NCBI GenBank assembly: GCA_050084515.1
Contig: CM114271.1
Location: 27,900,001 to 27,964,000 of the forward strand
Reading direction: 5' to 3'
DNA from: Blasia pusilla
Taxonomy: Eukaryota
DNA: 64,000 nt
The translations under genes were made by a program, and so were the position numbers. Of the stretch, positions 27,640 through 41,258 are shown piece by piece (positions within the stretch are counted from its first letter, which is position 1; each line of letters opens with the position of its first letter). The notes under the pieces are model-generated. The model was not told the origin of the DNA, did no database searches, and was given only the letters and a program-made list of their open reading frames with translations.

Positions 27640-28397
27640 AATATGGAGAAAAATGCACATATTGGGGGTGGTGGAGCGGGCTTTCCACCATTCACAGAAT
27701 GGATTCGATTGGCAATCCGAGAGCATTCAGCACTACACCCAAATATGGACCGGGATGTCTATCTTCTGTCCGCTCCACCTCGAATGTCCGTCTTAGCTTA
27801 CAAGAGAATGAAGCCTATGGAAACCGCTTCTATGTGGTAGATCAAAGTGACGATCATTTTGTCACATATGATTTAGGGTTGCTATCTGTATTCGAGCAAA
27901 TGAGCAATCACCAAGACAAAGGATGGATGCAAATGGGATACATAGGAGAGCTAACTGACATATGGAAATTGGACTATGGGAACACATCCAATCCTATCAT
28001 TCTCATGAAAGGGACTTGGGTGCGACCAGATTGGCGTGTGGCTAGGGCTACAATAAAGCGTGATAGTGATGGATTCTTACTAGCAAACTTCAGGCAAATG
28101 CAACCTGAATGGTTTGAACCTTTTGTATTCCCTAGTGAGGTTGAACAGGCTTTCTTCCTAGACGTGGAGGAATCGCTCGGATGGCGAGTAGTGTACCACA
28201 AGCAGGTAAGGAATCGTAGGGTATCAAGTTATACTTTGGAGTTCAGTTTAGATGGCCACGGGGCTTTTGAAGCTCCCAATAGAACGGTTCAACCTGTCAC
28301 AATTGTCGGAAGTCAGTTTGTACCTTTGATGAGGGTAGAAAGATGGGAAGGCAACATTGAGATTGCAGAGGAACTTAATGATGCCATGGGTTCTTAA
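27640..28397 (+). pseudogene. CACTA TnpD C-terminal DUF4216-like domain
   Basis: YGNRFYV...YIGELTDIWKLDYG...ILMKGTWV...IKRDSDGFLLANF...EPFVFPSEVEQAFFLD...GWRVV; frameshift near 27810. Confidence 0.8.
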
Positions 28398-28679
28398 AGA
28401 AATTTTTGTGTGGTGTGTTCTGTCAGTGGGCATGGGTTCATGGGACATGTAGGTTTTTTTTGTTTTTGAAGGTATTTGATGGAAAACGTGAATGAAATGT
28501 GTGACCCTGTTGAGGCTCGTGCGGCTTATGTGAACAGACGCCTTAAGGAATTGGCGGAAGAACTCAAACATAGAGGCGTTGAATTTTAAGCTTTGACATA
28601 TTGAGCACTCAGGTCTGGGCCTTTATGAATGAATCAAAAGCATTGTGCATAATTCATGTTCTTGAAAAACTTATCCTCA

Positions 28680-31600
28680 TGTGTAGGGCGGAGGCTTGTT
28701 CTAAGCAAGTACGTGCCCCACGACCTGCAAAGAGGGAGCCTCTCCATCTTGGACCGAAGCGGAGGAGCTCTCGATTGCTTGGAAAGGTATTGGCAGCGAT
28801 GGAAAAATCTATTGATGACATTGATGCTCGGACTAGAGGTGAAGAATCTCCCACTTGTGATCCAGAGTTTGTTGCAGACTTTGGTGAAGAGGATCAATCA
28901 GGCTCAGATCAGCTTCCGGCTCTTAAGGAGCCGTGTCCATCAACTATTGGGGGAAAGAAGAAGCAGGTAATTTTTTTGATTAATTAGACAGGATGTGTAT
29001 CTACAATTGTGTTTCAAGGTTAGTGGCATTTGAAAGAAATTGTCTCTAATTGTTGGGTTGCATTGCATTGGCAGAAAGGGACAGTTGGGAGGCAAGCTAC
29101 TTGGGCAAGGGATGTTGCACCTGGGCGTGTACCTGAAAGTCGTATTCCTCTCAAACAACAAGTGGATGTACAATATAGTGGAGAGGGATAGGCAAGCATG
29201 TCTCAAGGCGGTAGAGATGGACCCTATGCACAGAACCCCAAGCCAAGTTTGTTATACGGTGGATATTGTCCAACGGGACAAGGGTGGAATAGTATGAATC
29301 TATCGATTTGCAATCTCAAATTTCTCTTTCATTATATATCATAGGATGATGCTGGGAAGGTTGTATATGTGTCTGTACTACACTAACATATATGTGATGT
29401 GTAGGCTCTATGCAGGGTGGATTCTCCAACTACACCGAGGGACCCTATCATGCGGTGCCAAATAGTCAACATCGGTTTGGAAGTAGCCAATACCTTTATG
29501 GACTCAATGATAGCACTCCAGAAATGTATGGACAACCTCAATGGTTGGGGCTAGGATCCACTCAATGAGTGCAAATGACAAAAGCTACATGTAATGGCAA
29601 GTCATATATATATAGAGAAGTATCATCCCTATTTGGAGAATTTTTCCTCATGTTTTCACGAAGTAGTGACCTAACATCGATGCATAGAGTCTGTTTGTAG
29701 GCATAAAGAATTGCAAAGTGGGCAGCAATCTTGACTGAAGATATTCATGTGTGCAGCAAACTATATGACTCTAGGCTTGTGACGGGCAAGCGTATGGACA
29801 ACATACACACCAAACTCGGTGACTGAGATCAGTGTGCAAGGCGAGGGGGTAAAGGTCGGAAAAGTGGGTGTGAACAACTCTGGTTGGATCACCACAACTT
29901 GAGAAGGAAAGAATAGGTGGCATACAGATTTTAGAGCCGAGGTGTTGCGATGGCTTGACATCTCCATTGTGAATTTTTCAGACCAACACTCAGGGGATTG
30001 GAATTCGGTGTTGAGTGATATTTCTACAACATGGAAGTATGTTGGAAACAATGGCAATGGAGTGGCTGTTCCATGTTTGGAGGAATATGCAAAAAAAAAA
30101 AATACTGAAGACGGAGAGATTTAGATTGCGTCTGACATGGAAAGAAGCTGGAGGAAGCAAGAAGGTGGCCCCATCACCTCATGTAGACCCAACCAATGGG
30201 GGAGATTACTTACGCACTTCATGAGCGAGACTACAAAGACAAAGAGTGAGCAGATGTCCAAAGCACGGGCAACGGTGACCAATCCAAACCCGGCAGGAAG
30301 AAAAGGGAATGCACCAATTGCAGAGCGCTTGGTATGAATAATATTGAAGGATCCATCTTTAATTTCTATTACCGCCATGCATATAGTTTGGCAATTGGTG
30401 TTTGGTAGACTAAACTTGGTCGGTGTAACATGTGTTGTAGAGAAAAGAGAAGGGGCAAACCCCTACTAATGCGCAGGCGCATGAGGAGGCACAGAACCAA
30501 AGGAGTTATGGTACAAGTACAATATCAAAGCAAGTATTTGCATTTGGTTGCTTTAGAGTAGAGGTGAATCTAGTGTATTTCTAGTACATACCTGTTGATA
30601 TAGAGTGAGATCCAAGTCTTGTATTTCAGGCGCCAGGAACATCTGAGCTGACAGAGATCTCTGCCCGATTAAAGTTTATGGAGTTGTTTCCCGAGTCTGT
30701 GACTTACATCATTGATCGCATGGATGCATTCTCCAATAGCATGGACGTGCTAGAGGCATAAAGACTGTTGTTGCTAATAAACAAGAGAACTTCACAAAGT
30801 TGATGGAATTGATTTCCATGAGCTTGAGAAGGGACCATGAGGATATAAGGGATTCCAAGGAGAGGTCGGAAAATCCAAGAGTTGTATCCTCTCCTCATGG
30901 AGTTAGTGATCGAGACCCAGCTCCAAGTGGAGCACTTGCCTCTATGCCGTTGAGTGTATCCTCTCCTCATTCAATCACCGGACCACCTTCAAGGGAGAGT
31001 GCACCCTCTCCGGAGCTGGTTACTATTGTTCCTTTGCCTCCAGTTCTTCCACAGGTTGCCAAGGGTGTTCGTACAGTAAGAGGACTAGATACAGATGTTG
31101 GCATTGCACCAATTGGTCCAAAGAAAAAGGGAGGCACAAGAGAGGTTAATGCTACTGTGTTTGCGAGTGACCCTTTGAGTTCAGGTATGTGAGTTTAGAG
31201 TGATGTTGTGCATTTTACTTTGAAGTTGTTGAAAATCATGATCTATTTGAAAGGGCAGTGAGACGTTCTTGTTGATTGTGATTGTAGAGACCACGGATGA
31301 GGCCCCGGCCGTTGTAGGCAAACGCCAAGTGAGGACATCGCGGAGATGCAATTTGGAGGCCACGGTATTTTCAGAGGAGAATGAGGATAGTGTAGGGATG
31401 TTGGGGAGTGGTGGACCCATGGAGTTGGATCAATTGGATCTTCTGCAAAAGCCAATGATAGTGAGAAGAGCGACACTCAGGAAGAGGACCCGGGAGGCTA
31501 CCACGCTGGTGTTGAAATCTGTTGTGCCTCCGTTGCAGCAGTTGATATCACGTGAGAACCCCTCTGTGGTTGTAGGTTATGGCACCTTGCATGATGGTTG

Positions 31601-31787
31601 TTCTATTTTCCATGGATGTGACATTCCAGATGGGCATTCTATTCTCCATTTGAGAGAGGTCTGCAAGAAGAAATATGTATTGCCATTTCCAAATATGACT
31701 GACGATCCACCGTAGATTTATGTTGTAGATGCCATTGATAGTGTAGTGCTATGGCCATCTCATCTTGTTATGCCTTCTCAGAAATAG
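28680..31787 (+). pseudogene. CACTA TnpA-like multi-exon gene, decayed
   Basis: Exon-like blocks with GT/AG borders, e.g. SEQMSKARATVTNPNPAGRKG. Last exon VVVGYGTLHDGCSIFHGCDIPDGHSILHL...LPFPNMTDDPP*...VVLWP resembles the Tnp1/En-Spm C-terminal domain. Confidence 0.6.
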
Positions 31788-32494
31788 GGGCACCTTCACT
31801 TTGTGTGTATAATTTTTGAGTAAACCTTCCCTTTGACATCCCTCTTGAGTGTGGTGATCTCCATATACTTGTAACTTTTGTACTCATAAGTAGAGGAATT
31901 TGATGTTTGTGTTTTAGTTTTGAGTGTTACAATAGAGATGTTTGTGTTTCATGTCTCAATTTTGAGAATATCTGAGGGGGAAGTTTGCAATGAGAAGTAG
32001 ATATTGTGTTCTTCCATTGATGACCATCTTTCACTATAATTCACTAGGCATTCTTCTGACGTAAGAAAATATTCCATTTCAAGGTGTATGGATACATTTT
32101 GTAGCTTTGGACTTATGGCCACAATTGGATGTAAGAAACATTTGCTAGTTGTACCTTTCAATAGATAAGGATTTTTTACTGTGAAAAACTGATCTAATCA
32201 GATGCTACAAAATTGATGGGTGGTACAGGAGTAATGTGCTTGTATGTTTTTACACGATGCTAGTAGCATTAGGACTATACAACAGATATATAATTGCATC
32301 TCCATTGCATGGATGTAAAAGAAGTAGTGATAGGTGTAGGGAGGATAGGTAGGAAGGAGTAATTCATATTCATGGATACAAAATGGACTCAAATGCCAAT
32401 TTCATGTACATATTTCTCCCAGCAATAAAGCAATCTGTTATACATAATGATTGGTATAGTTATTTGGATATTGTCAATGAATAGGATTGTAAAT

Positions 32495-32870
32495 GACATG
32501 GAGAAGTCATTTTAATGACTTAGTCATTCTCTTGTGACGCATAAAGTCATTATTTATTTCTCTGAGTAGTCATAGTTAACGACTCGCCTAGTCATTCTTA
32601 ATGAAGAGTCTAGTCAATCCTTATGACTCTTCCAATCATTCTTTATTACTCCTTTAGTCATTTCTTATGACTTAACCTAGTCATACAAAATGACTATGTA
32701 AAGTCATATTTAGTGACTATGTTGAGTAACAAAAAAGAGACTCAAATAAGACTACCCTCGGTTTGAGTAATAACTTATACGACTAGGAGTAATTTTTATT
32801 ACTAGAGTCTGGTTAAGTACTTACTTAGTCACAAGTCACACATGCCCGGTTTGAGTAACATCTAGTCATT
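32495..32870. repeat. CACTA subterminal repeat array (TAGTCA/TGACTA motifs)
   Basis: Dense agtca/tgact motifs in both orientations; the same motif occurs at 20240-20350. Confidence 0.75.
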
Positions 32871-33050
32871 TTACGCATTTGAGGCAGTGAATCACACTTT
32901 TCAAGATACACTAGTACAAAACCCCCCTTTGGATGACTTATGACTCATAGATGCTTCATCCCATATAATAAGCATTGCAGCTCGAATTAAGCGGGCTCTT
33001 GGACTATTGATTGATAAGCTACAAATGAAACATGTCATTGAAATTAAATT
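32864..33050 (-). pseudogene. Upstream piece of the split Helitron helicase (motif II); 32864-32908 is inverted
   Basis: Minus 33030->32940 reads CSLSINSPRARLIRAAMLIIWDEASMSH. The next residues YAFEAVNHTFQD are on the plus strand at 32872-32907, and the protein resumes as IMGMVSPQL at 20200 (minus). Confidence 0.85.
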
Positions 33051-33224
33051 AGAACTTATCATTTATGGGAGCCTTTTAATTTCTTGAGAAATAAGCTTGT
33101 GAGTGTAGAAGCTACTTACTTGCATGTAGAGCTCTCGTGAAGATTGATTGGAATCTTGAAGCGTGAATGTGTAGTACGTCCTCCATCTAATAGTAACGCT
33201 ACTATTCCGGATGACGCCACAGCC

Positions 33225-36200
33225 TAAGCTTCGATCAACTATACCATCAATGTTCGGAAGGTAACACGGCGCACAGTTACGCACATGGTCATTCCAAACC
33301 ATATCATCGCGTCCCTCCAATAAGAGAATACTTGATGGCAAAACCTCACGCAGTCTCAAGATGATGCGCTCTGTAGTCACATCCAACGTCGTGGGTGTCG
33401 TCTACTGCAAGAACACATAGTCTCCATGATTAAACCTCCGGATAGTAGGTCAATAACCGCCTCCCCGAATAGTCGCATACCTCAATGTATCCCGATGCTG
33501 CGCAATTGCCAAGTTCTCAAACGCCATGGGCATCACTCTCCGAAACAATTCAGCCCTCTGAGAACATGCTTGCATCCATATATCAGGATCATAAAGGTTC
33601 AACACCTCACCAACATCTCGAAGAATGGCCATAGGTAAATCTGGCTCTCCGCCATACAAAAACAAGTATGGTGAGAAAGACGCGAAGGATGCCTGTGTGC
33701 TGAATGTGTATCCCATCGCCAACCATAGCAACTGGAGGTCCCAATCTCCTAGATGACCTCTATGCAAGCCATACTTGCGCAATCCTCTCTTCATCGTCTG
33801 CACAACCCGCTCCGCTAATCCATCCGCCTTAGGATGATCTCGCGAAGTAGTGCGGTGGTCGATCAGTGCCTGATCACACAAGGCCTGAAACTCCTCGCGG
33901 AACTCTATATCTTGGTTTGTCAACACCTCACCTGGTGCGCCGTAATGACTCAGCACCCAATCTAGGAAGGCATACTCTACTCCCTCACTCGCTTTGTTAG
34001 GCAATGCAACCAACTCTATCCATTTGGAGAAGTGCTCAACCATCACCAACACATAACGACTATGGTGCTCCGTCAAAGGTAAAGGTCTTGCAAAATCCGA
34101 ACTCCATCTATAACCTAAACCCATGATTGAAAGTGGATACAATTGTGGAGTCAAAGCATAGCATGATTCCTAGACTTGATCACACACCATGCATCTGGAA
34201 AAAAATTGTTGAACGCCAGTCTGCATCCCTCGCCACCAATACTGAATCTAGAGCAAGTTGTATGCCTGCTTCACTCCAAAGTGACCTAACTCCTTGTGGG
34301 CATGACGCACCAAACGTGTTCTCTGCAAAGGATGAGGCACTACAGGTTCTCTACCATCCTCCCACACTCGCAACACATGTGTCCCCTCCCACCTGAACCG
34401 TCTGGCTCGCTGTAGGATTCGATCCCGATCTCCAGCATCCACTATGCTTGCGACGCTGCTAGTACGCGGGTACTCTAAGACTACTCCATCTTCATGAATA
34501 TCTCGGCCACATGTTGTCTCCTCACCGGCCTATGGATCTAAGGACTCTCCATCAGACCTCGCCATCGAAGTCTCAACAATCTGGCTCTCCATGGCCAAGA
34601 AGCCCAAATAGGTTGACATGTGCCATCTTGGCTCCAACTCCTCATCACTCTCTCCATGCCATCGAGCTCCAGTCCCATCTCGTTGACTCGAGCATGGGTT
34701 ACGGCTCAAACCATCTGCATCTTGGTTGAGCATCCCAAGTCTATGTACCACTTGGAAGTCATACCCCTGCAACAAAAGAGCCCACCTCGCAAGCTTCCTT
34801 GTAAGCTTGTCGGACTCCATCAACCACTTAAGTGGTTGATGATCAATAATGATGGTAAAAGGATGCCTGAATGGATAACATCTGAAATGTGCGACATCCC
34901 ACACTACAGCCACGCACTGACCCTCATACTGCAATTGTGAATTGAATGGGTAATGAGCTAAGGCGCCCATCATCCGACTGCCATCCTGGTCTGTAGGACA
35001 TTGACTCCTCCCAATAATCCAGGAAAAACCCCATCAGATATAACACTCCTCCACCAACCAAGATGTCGTAGGACTCTGCATCAATCACTATCGTCTTGGC
35101 TCGCACCATGGACTCATCTGTAGGATGTCCCGGGAAAATCCTCACCACGATCTTATGTCCGGTGATTAACTGTGTGGTACTTGCTCCACCCAAGGATGTA
35201 TGTATCTGGAATGGACAACGCTCCATATCGACTCTCCAATCCTCTCATTGACGCTTTCCCCAAGCCCAATCCTCTCAATGACGCTTTTCCCAAGATTAGA
35301 GGTTGCGCTCTTGAATCCAACAAGATGCGTTGCGGACTAAAATTAAGCTCTACCTTTGAGAATCACCACCTGGAAGACCTCTCCCTGATTATCGAGAAAC
35401 ACAACACCATGGCAGGCCATGGCACGCTCTATCATGGGTCTAGCGGGCATCTTTGCCATCCTAGCAACTGCAACCTGCCATGAATCTAACGTGGACGGCC
35501 GGAGCATCTGCTCCAAAGGCAGGTCCATCACCTCCTCCGCAATCACCTTTGAACGTGATGCAAGAACTCCAACTCCACGCTCACATAGCGTAGCGGGCCG
35601 CCGGAACACCTCGACGGACGTACCTCCCAATACCATAACATCGGAAGCAGAAAATACCGGAGCATGGTACACCATCGTGGCCACCCCCAACATCGTACTC
35701 GACATTGCTCCTCTTGAGCATCAGCAATAGGATTCGTCGCACTAGCTTCTCCCATCGTCCTTGGTGCCTTCATACCAACAACATCACCAACTCTCCAAGA
35801 ACTTTGATCAGGACCCATTGATGGGGTCCTCACTGAGGAAGCCTAGTCTGTTTCGTGGCTTCCCCTCATTGTGGATCCAACTCTGCGGCTGCTCTATGCG
35901 TAACAATATGGCGGCCTCCATTTGGGCAACCCCGCACATCCAACCAAGATCCTCCATATCTATGGAGGCTCCATAAGACATCAATGCCACGGATCCGGCA
36001 TCGGGTTATCTCAATACCATAGCGGCAATCTGCTGCTGTAGCTGATGTATCTGAGCAGCCATCCCAGCCTCACGCCCAGCGTCTCCCTCAATGCGTCTGG
36101 GCGGTGGGACTCTACCTCCTCCACGTGCAACTCCACCACCCCCTTGGACAAATCCAACTCCTCCTCCCCCAACGGGACCACTGATGCACGACTTCTAGGC

Positions 36201-38473
36201 CCATCCAGACCAATAACTCGCTTTGGTGCCCTCTTTGGCCCTCAGTCCGGACGTAACTCAGGGTGCAAGCTGAAACACCTGGCACGTGTGCGATCGTACC
36301 TCTGACAATAGTCATACTGATAACCTCCTGGTGTAGCACCATCTCCTCCATCCTGAGGCACGCGACCATGATCATGACGAGTGCAATCGCGTTGATGATG
36401 AGCTCCACCACATGACCGACAAGTAATCGTAGGTGGTTGCTGCTGAGCCACATATGAAGATGCAGGTCTCCGTGGCACGGCCTCCTGGTATCCTCCCTGA
36501 CCTCGTGGTGCCACAGTTGACCTATCTCAGAGTCCACGTTGCTGGATTGGTGGTGCAGGAAATCGTGACTACTCTCGTCTAGAACCCATGTTGGCTACGC
36601 TCTCCTCCACCATGTTGTGGTCAATGTTCTCGGTGGTCCTAAAAATATCTCTCAACGTAGGGGAGGTGTTCATAAGAAGCGTCCCCCCCCCTCCTCCCCG
36701 CACCCGTGTCCACAGGGTCTGGCCCAGCATCGCGTACCATGAGTGGATAGCCTGAGCCTCTATCACCCCCTGAGTGACGTTGATCAACCGGTGCAAGCGA
36801 GTGTAAGCCTCACGCAAAATCTCACCCGAGTACCTCTGGAAGTCATGGATGCTCCGTAACTTCTCCGTCCGTACCCTCTGGTAGCTTGCCGCTCGTGGCC
36901 GTACGACACCATCTCGATCGCGGAGCCGCTCCTTCACTAAGGAGCATAGCGTGTGTATTGCTGATTGAGGAGAATATACCACGGCGTTTTGCATCCCTTT
37001 CCCTCGCTCGCATGATACTCGCTCATCATCAAGCGGCTACCAATCACAACATAGCAGAATAAAATGAAAATTCAAACACCATAACCCGAGATCACCTGCC
37101 ATCACTCGTTGATGATGAAACTGCGATGACGATAGCGGCCACAACAAAGTAGATGGTGGTAGCGCAAGTGAGAGAATCAACGGTCATTGTGGAAGACCGT
37201 CCACTTTAGAATGGTGGCAATGGAAACCAAAGGCGGATAACAGACGAATGCGGCTCTAAGCGGCGGTCGAAGGTCGACGGCGGACGGCGACGATAGACCA
37301 TTGACGGTGGGCCGTCGACAATGATGGTAAAGCGTCAATGGTTTGCCATTGACGGTGATGGTTGACTGTTGAAGGCGACGGCCACGTCCGGCGCGGCGGT
37401 TGGTTTAGGGTTTGAACAATTTTACCCTAAAAATCGCCTAACAATGGGAGTTTTGCAAAATTGGCCATAACTTTCTACTCGCAGCTCCAAATTGTGCACT
37501 CTCTGTTGCAAAACATGCACAACTTCACGATCTACGATGATGCTAAAAATTATTTTGAATTGGACCTTCCAATAAAAAACTGACATGGATTGTTGTAAAT
37601 CCCAATATCTCTTCTCCTACATAAATTTTGGCAACCCTTCCGCGCTGATTTCTCCCAACAAAAATGTAAAACCTATGAAAATACAAATCAGCAAGCTACA
37701 TGGTGGTCCCAAGAGTAGTGGCATGGGGCAACTTGTCCCCATACTCAATCCCTATAAAAAATTGGGCATCGATTGTGTGCGCCACTCTCACACACGAAAA
37801 ATCGACACACAAACGTCAAAACAACGCGGCTCTTGCTTCCGTGAGCACTCCCATGAGCCATGAAGTGGGGAACACGGTCCCCAACCTGCACCAAATATCA
37901 AGCAACCATCAAGCTCCCCCATGAAGCTCTCTCACCTTCTTATTGTCTTTTTGTAAAAATAAGGTGAAATCTCTCTTAACACCCTAGCTCTTTAATGTGT
38001 GCACTCTCACATGTCTGTCTCAATGTCCAACCAACCCACTCTCCTAATGAGAGGCTTGGGTTACACTCACAAGGCAAGCAAGACCATAGCTCCGCCACCT
38101 CCTGCCAAGAGGTTCAACAAAGAGAGAATGAGCTCTCAAGTTATCTCTCCTTGAGGTATATCCCTCCCCTCTCCCAAGCTCTTTCCATGGTAACATATGC
38201 TCCCAAGTCACCTCCTTGTCTCTTGACCTGATGTAGGAGGTCAAGGGCCACTTCCCAAAATATAAAATTGACCATATACTCAAAATGGTACTTACCTAAA
38301 ATAGAAGTTCATCAATATGGCTCCAAATGAGCCGAAACGAAGGGGAAACCTCCTCTCTCAGGGGAAACCTGCTTTCTCAGGTTTCCCCGGGCCTCAACAA
38401 GTCATCCTTGACCTCATGAGCCTGTCCTCCACTACTTGCGAGGCGCTCTACTAGATCTCACCGATCTATCATA
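33225..38473 (-). mobile_element. DNMT3/PHD gypsy family copy A, internally deleted (no MTase or RT) and 3'-truncated
   Basis: 5' LTR 37960-38473; gag remnant with CRSCGGAH and YCQRYDRTRARC knuckles; protease LLDSRAQP; protease joined directly to the RNase H tail near 34930; integrase core in ORF 33450..34154. Confidence 0.85.
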
Positions 38474-39321
38474 AAAGACGTGATACCTTACTTGCCTTCG
38501 TGTTCCATACTCCTCTATTTCTTCCTCCCTCCACCTCCACTCCCTCCTCCCTCATTGCTCCACTCATCCTTGCCTTGCCTTCCATCATGAACTATAAGTG
38601 TGGGTCCCATATCATAGAACCCATGTCCGTGGATATGTCAAGACTTGTCAGTCCATGTCTGTACTAAGGAAGGACTTGTCCGGTTTTGTGCAACCATGTC
38701 TGTCTTGGTATGTGTGAATGTCTCAAAGAGATATGCATTTACTCTTGGGATGAGATGCATAGCCTCTCACATCTAAATTCAATATAGAATTTCCATAACA
38801 AAGTGGGAAAGGGAGTGCCCAGAAACCCTATATATGTATAATCTTGTTGCGTGCATATATATTATTCATAACAGAAATATATGCTATCATCCATACAACA
38901 CATAAAACCCAAAAGCACACACAAATATGAAAACCAGATACATACACTATCATTTTTGAAACAAGACTCTCTCTCCCTCCTCTCTCTCTCTAAAATTGTT
39001 AAGATGGTCATACCAGAATTGTTCAACACATTCAATAGCCTTGATTCATTGCCCAAAGCTGTTGCATTGGTAAGTAATGTCTATTGAGGTTCCTAGTCAG
39101 GTAAAGTAGATGGTGTGATGAAGAGTTTCTTGGTTGACACTTGGAAGCTCCGCACGAAAATATTGTTTGGTCAGCACTCACACTATATGAGAGTGTCTCC
39201 CTCCTCTCATATGATATCTTATTCGCTTCTTCCTCTCTCTACACCCATCCCAGTCTCAAGCAGCGTCCAACCAGGGCGCAGGATCTATGGTTGCAAGACT
39301 ACAACAGACACTTTTTAATGA

Positions 39322-39325
<4 letters not shown>

Positions 39326-39377
<52 letters not shown>
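39326..39377. repeat. (CT)n microsatellite
   Basis: Direct reading. Confidence 0.95.
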
Positions 39378-39381
<4 letters not shown>

Positions 39382-39429
39382 TGATTACATCTCCTCCAAC
39401 AAGGGAGACTTTGGGAGACTAGGCAGTAT

Positions 39430-39850
39430 ATATCTAAAAAAAATGGAGAAAGTATGAGGCGCTACCACACCCTCATGAACACTATCAGATCCATACATCA
39501 AGCCTTTTACATATTTGTCACCATTCCCACTAAGTTATGTCATACATTAGTGAGATTTAGATGTGGCTCAACTCACCTTGAAATTATCATGGAAGAAAAG
39601 GGAGGAAAAATTATGTAGTTTTTGCAACTCGAGGCTCATTGATGATGAACATCATTACCTCTTCCATTGCACCTTTCACAATCATATTAGACTTGACTTC
39701 CCAAATCTCTTTGCTCACCCATTTCTCAAAGTCTCTGAATTCGTGGCTAGGAAAAATCAGATTCAAATTGCTAAATTGTTACATTGTTGTGTGTGGACTA
39801 GAGAAAATAACCTAACACAAAGGATCTCTTAGGCCCTTGCTAGTGCTTCT
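39430..39850 (+). pseudogene. LINE 3'-end fragment with CCHC zinc knuckle
   Basis: RFRCGS...EEKLCSFCNSRLIDDEHHYLFHC. A second copy of the 3' tail lies at ~40474-40545. Confidence 0.7.
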
Positions 39851-39904
39851 TTCAAATTTTTGTCATTTTTGCAAAACTAAGTCCCATGGCCCTATGGGTT
39901 CCTC

Positions 39905-40455
39905 TTGGATCTTCCAGAGCAACAAGTAGTCTACTTCAATGATGCTGAGGCTCCAAAAGATATTCTGCAACATAAAAGAGAGACAACTTTGACAAAATGG
40001 TTTGTAACCAATCTATCTGATTCTAATGCTCGAAAATATCTATATTTAGATTTTCCTTCATATTATGGTTGGAGCAACAAGAAATGGATTCATAGGGTAC
40101 AGAATGTAAATGGTTGGGGCCATCCCATTGGCCGCTTATACCTTACTTATCCAAGTAAAAGTTCTTTGTATATTTGCAATATATATTATCCTCTAAAGCG
40201 ATGTATTTTTTTTGGAATGTGGGCTAATTTATTTAACTTTTTCATAAGTAAAGGAGAACGTTATTGGTTGAGATTGCTCGTCCATCATGTTTGAGGAGCA
40301 ACTACATACGAATGCTTAAGAATTGTTCAAGGGGTATTAAGTCCAATGTTCAAGGAAGCTGCTATTCAACTAGGACTTCTTGAGGATGATAGGGAAGTGT
40401 TCTCTTGCTTTCAAGAAGCTTTTATCATCCGTACAGGTTCTTCACTGCGCCATAA
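39905..40455 (+). pseudogene. Helitron RepHel central fragment
   Basis: LPEQQVVYF...TTLTKWF...ARKYLYLDFPSYYGW...IGRLY...GERYWLRLL...GATTYECLRIV...FKEAAIQLGLLEDD, with a ~95-nt intron-like interruption. Confidence 0.8.
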
Positions 40456-41258
40456 TTTAGATCCCTAAGTTTCTACATTGTTGTGTGAAGACTAGAGAAA
40501 ATCACGTGGTAGAAAGGACCTTGTAGGCCCTTGCTGGTGCTTTGCTCATTCTTTCTTCCAAGAATTTTTTGGACATTACTTTGTCATGAATGGGCGGGTG
40601 AGGTTGGAAGGTTTTCGGAAAACCTTCTTTCTCATGTTTTCACTCATCTTTTTGGGATTTTGTGGGAGCTTAAGCTCTAGAGTTTGGATTCCCTCATAGC
40701 TCCAAATGGATATGTGGATTTTGAGAGTGGAGTTGGCCATGTTAGTCATTTTTTTGTGTGGCCTTGGTGCACCTAAATGAGTTTCTTTTCATGTGTGTTT
40801 GGATCTATTCGTGCGCTAAGAAGATTGATGGTGTTTGTTATGCACATGTGAACATCAATGTGAATTGTGTAACACTCCATATGCTCACAACATAGTCTCT
40901 ATTCCTCATTATTTTCCACTAGAAATAATTTGAAAATTCACCTTTCTTATTGAGGTAAAAAATCATTTCATTTTTGGTCCCATTTCCATACTAAATATCC
41001 ACCCATGCCACTACTTTTGGCCCTAATGCAAAGGTGGATCGGACATCCAAACTCTGTGTTCCATTATTTGAACCCCATAAAGACTTTGAATTCTATTGAA
41101 TCTCCTAGCTCCTTTTGCCCTTTCTTGAATTACCAACCCCTCATTGGCCTCTTACCTTCGGTTTTTATGTCTTATGGTTGATTGCTCATAAATCTCACCA
41201 CCATTTGCAATTTGTAGTTTATCTCATAGCACAATCATCCATCTTGATTATTCCCAAG

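Noticed and set aside
32495-32870. CRISPR-like or satellite array
   Set aside because: Short 5-6-bp motifs in both orientations with irregular spacing next to a CACTA TIR: subterminal repeats.
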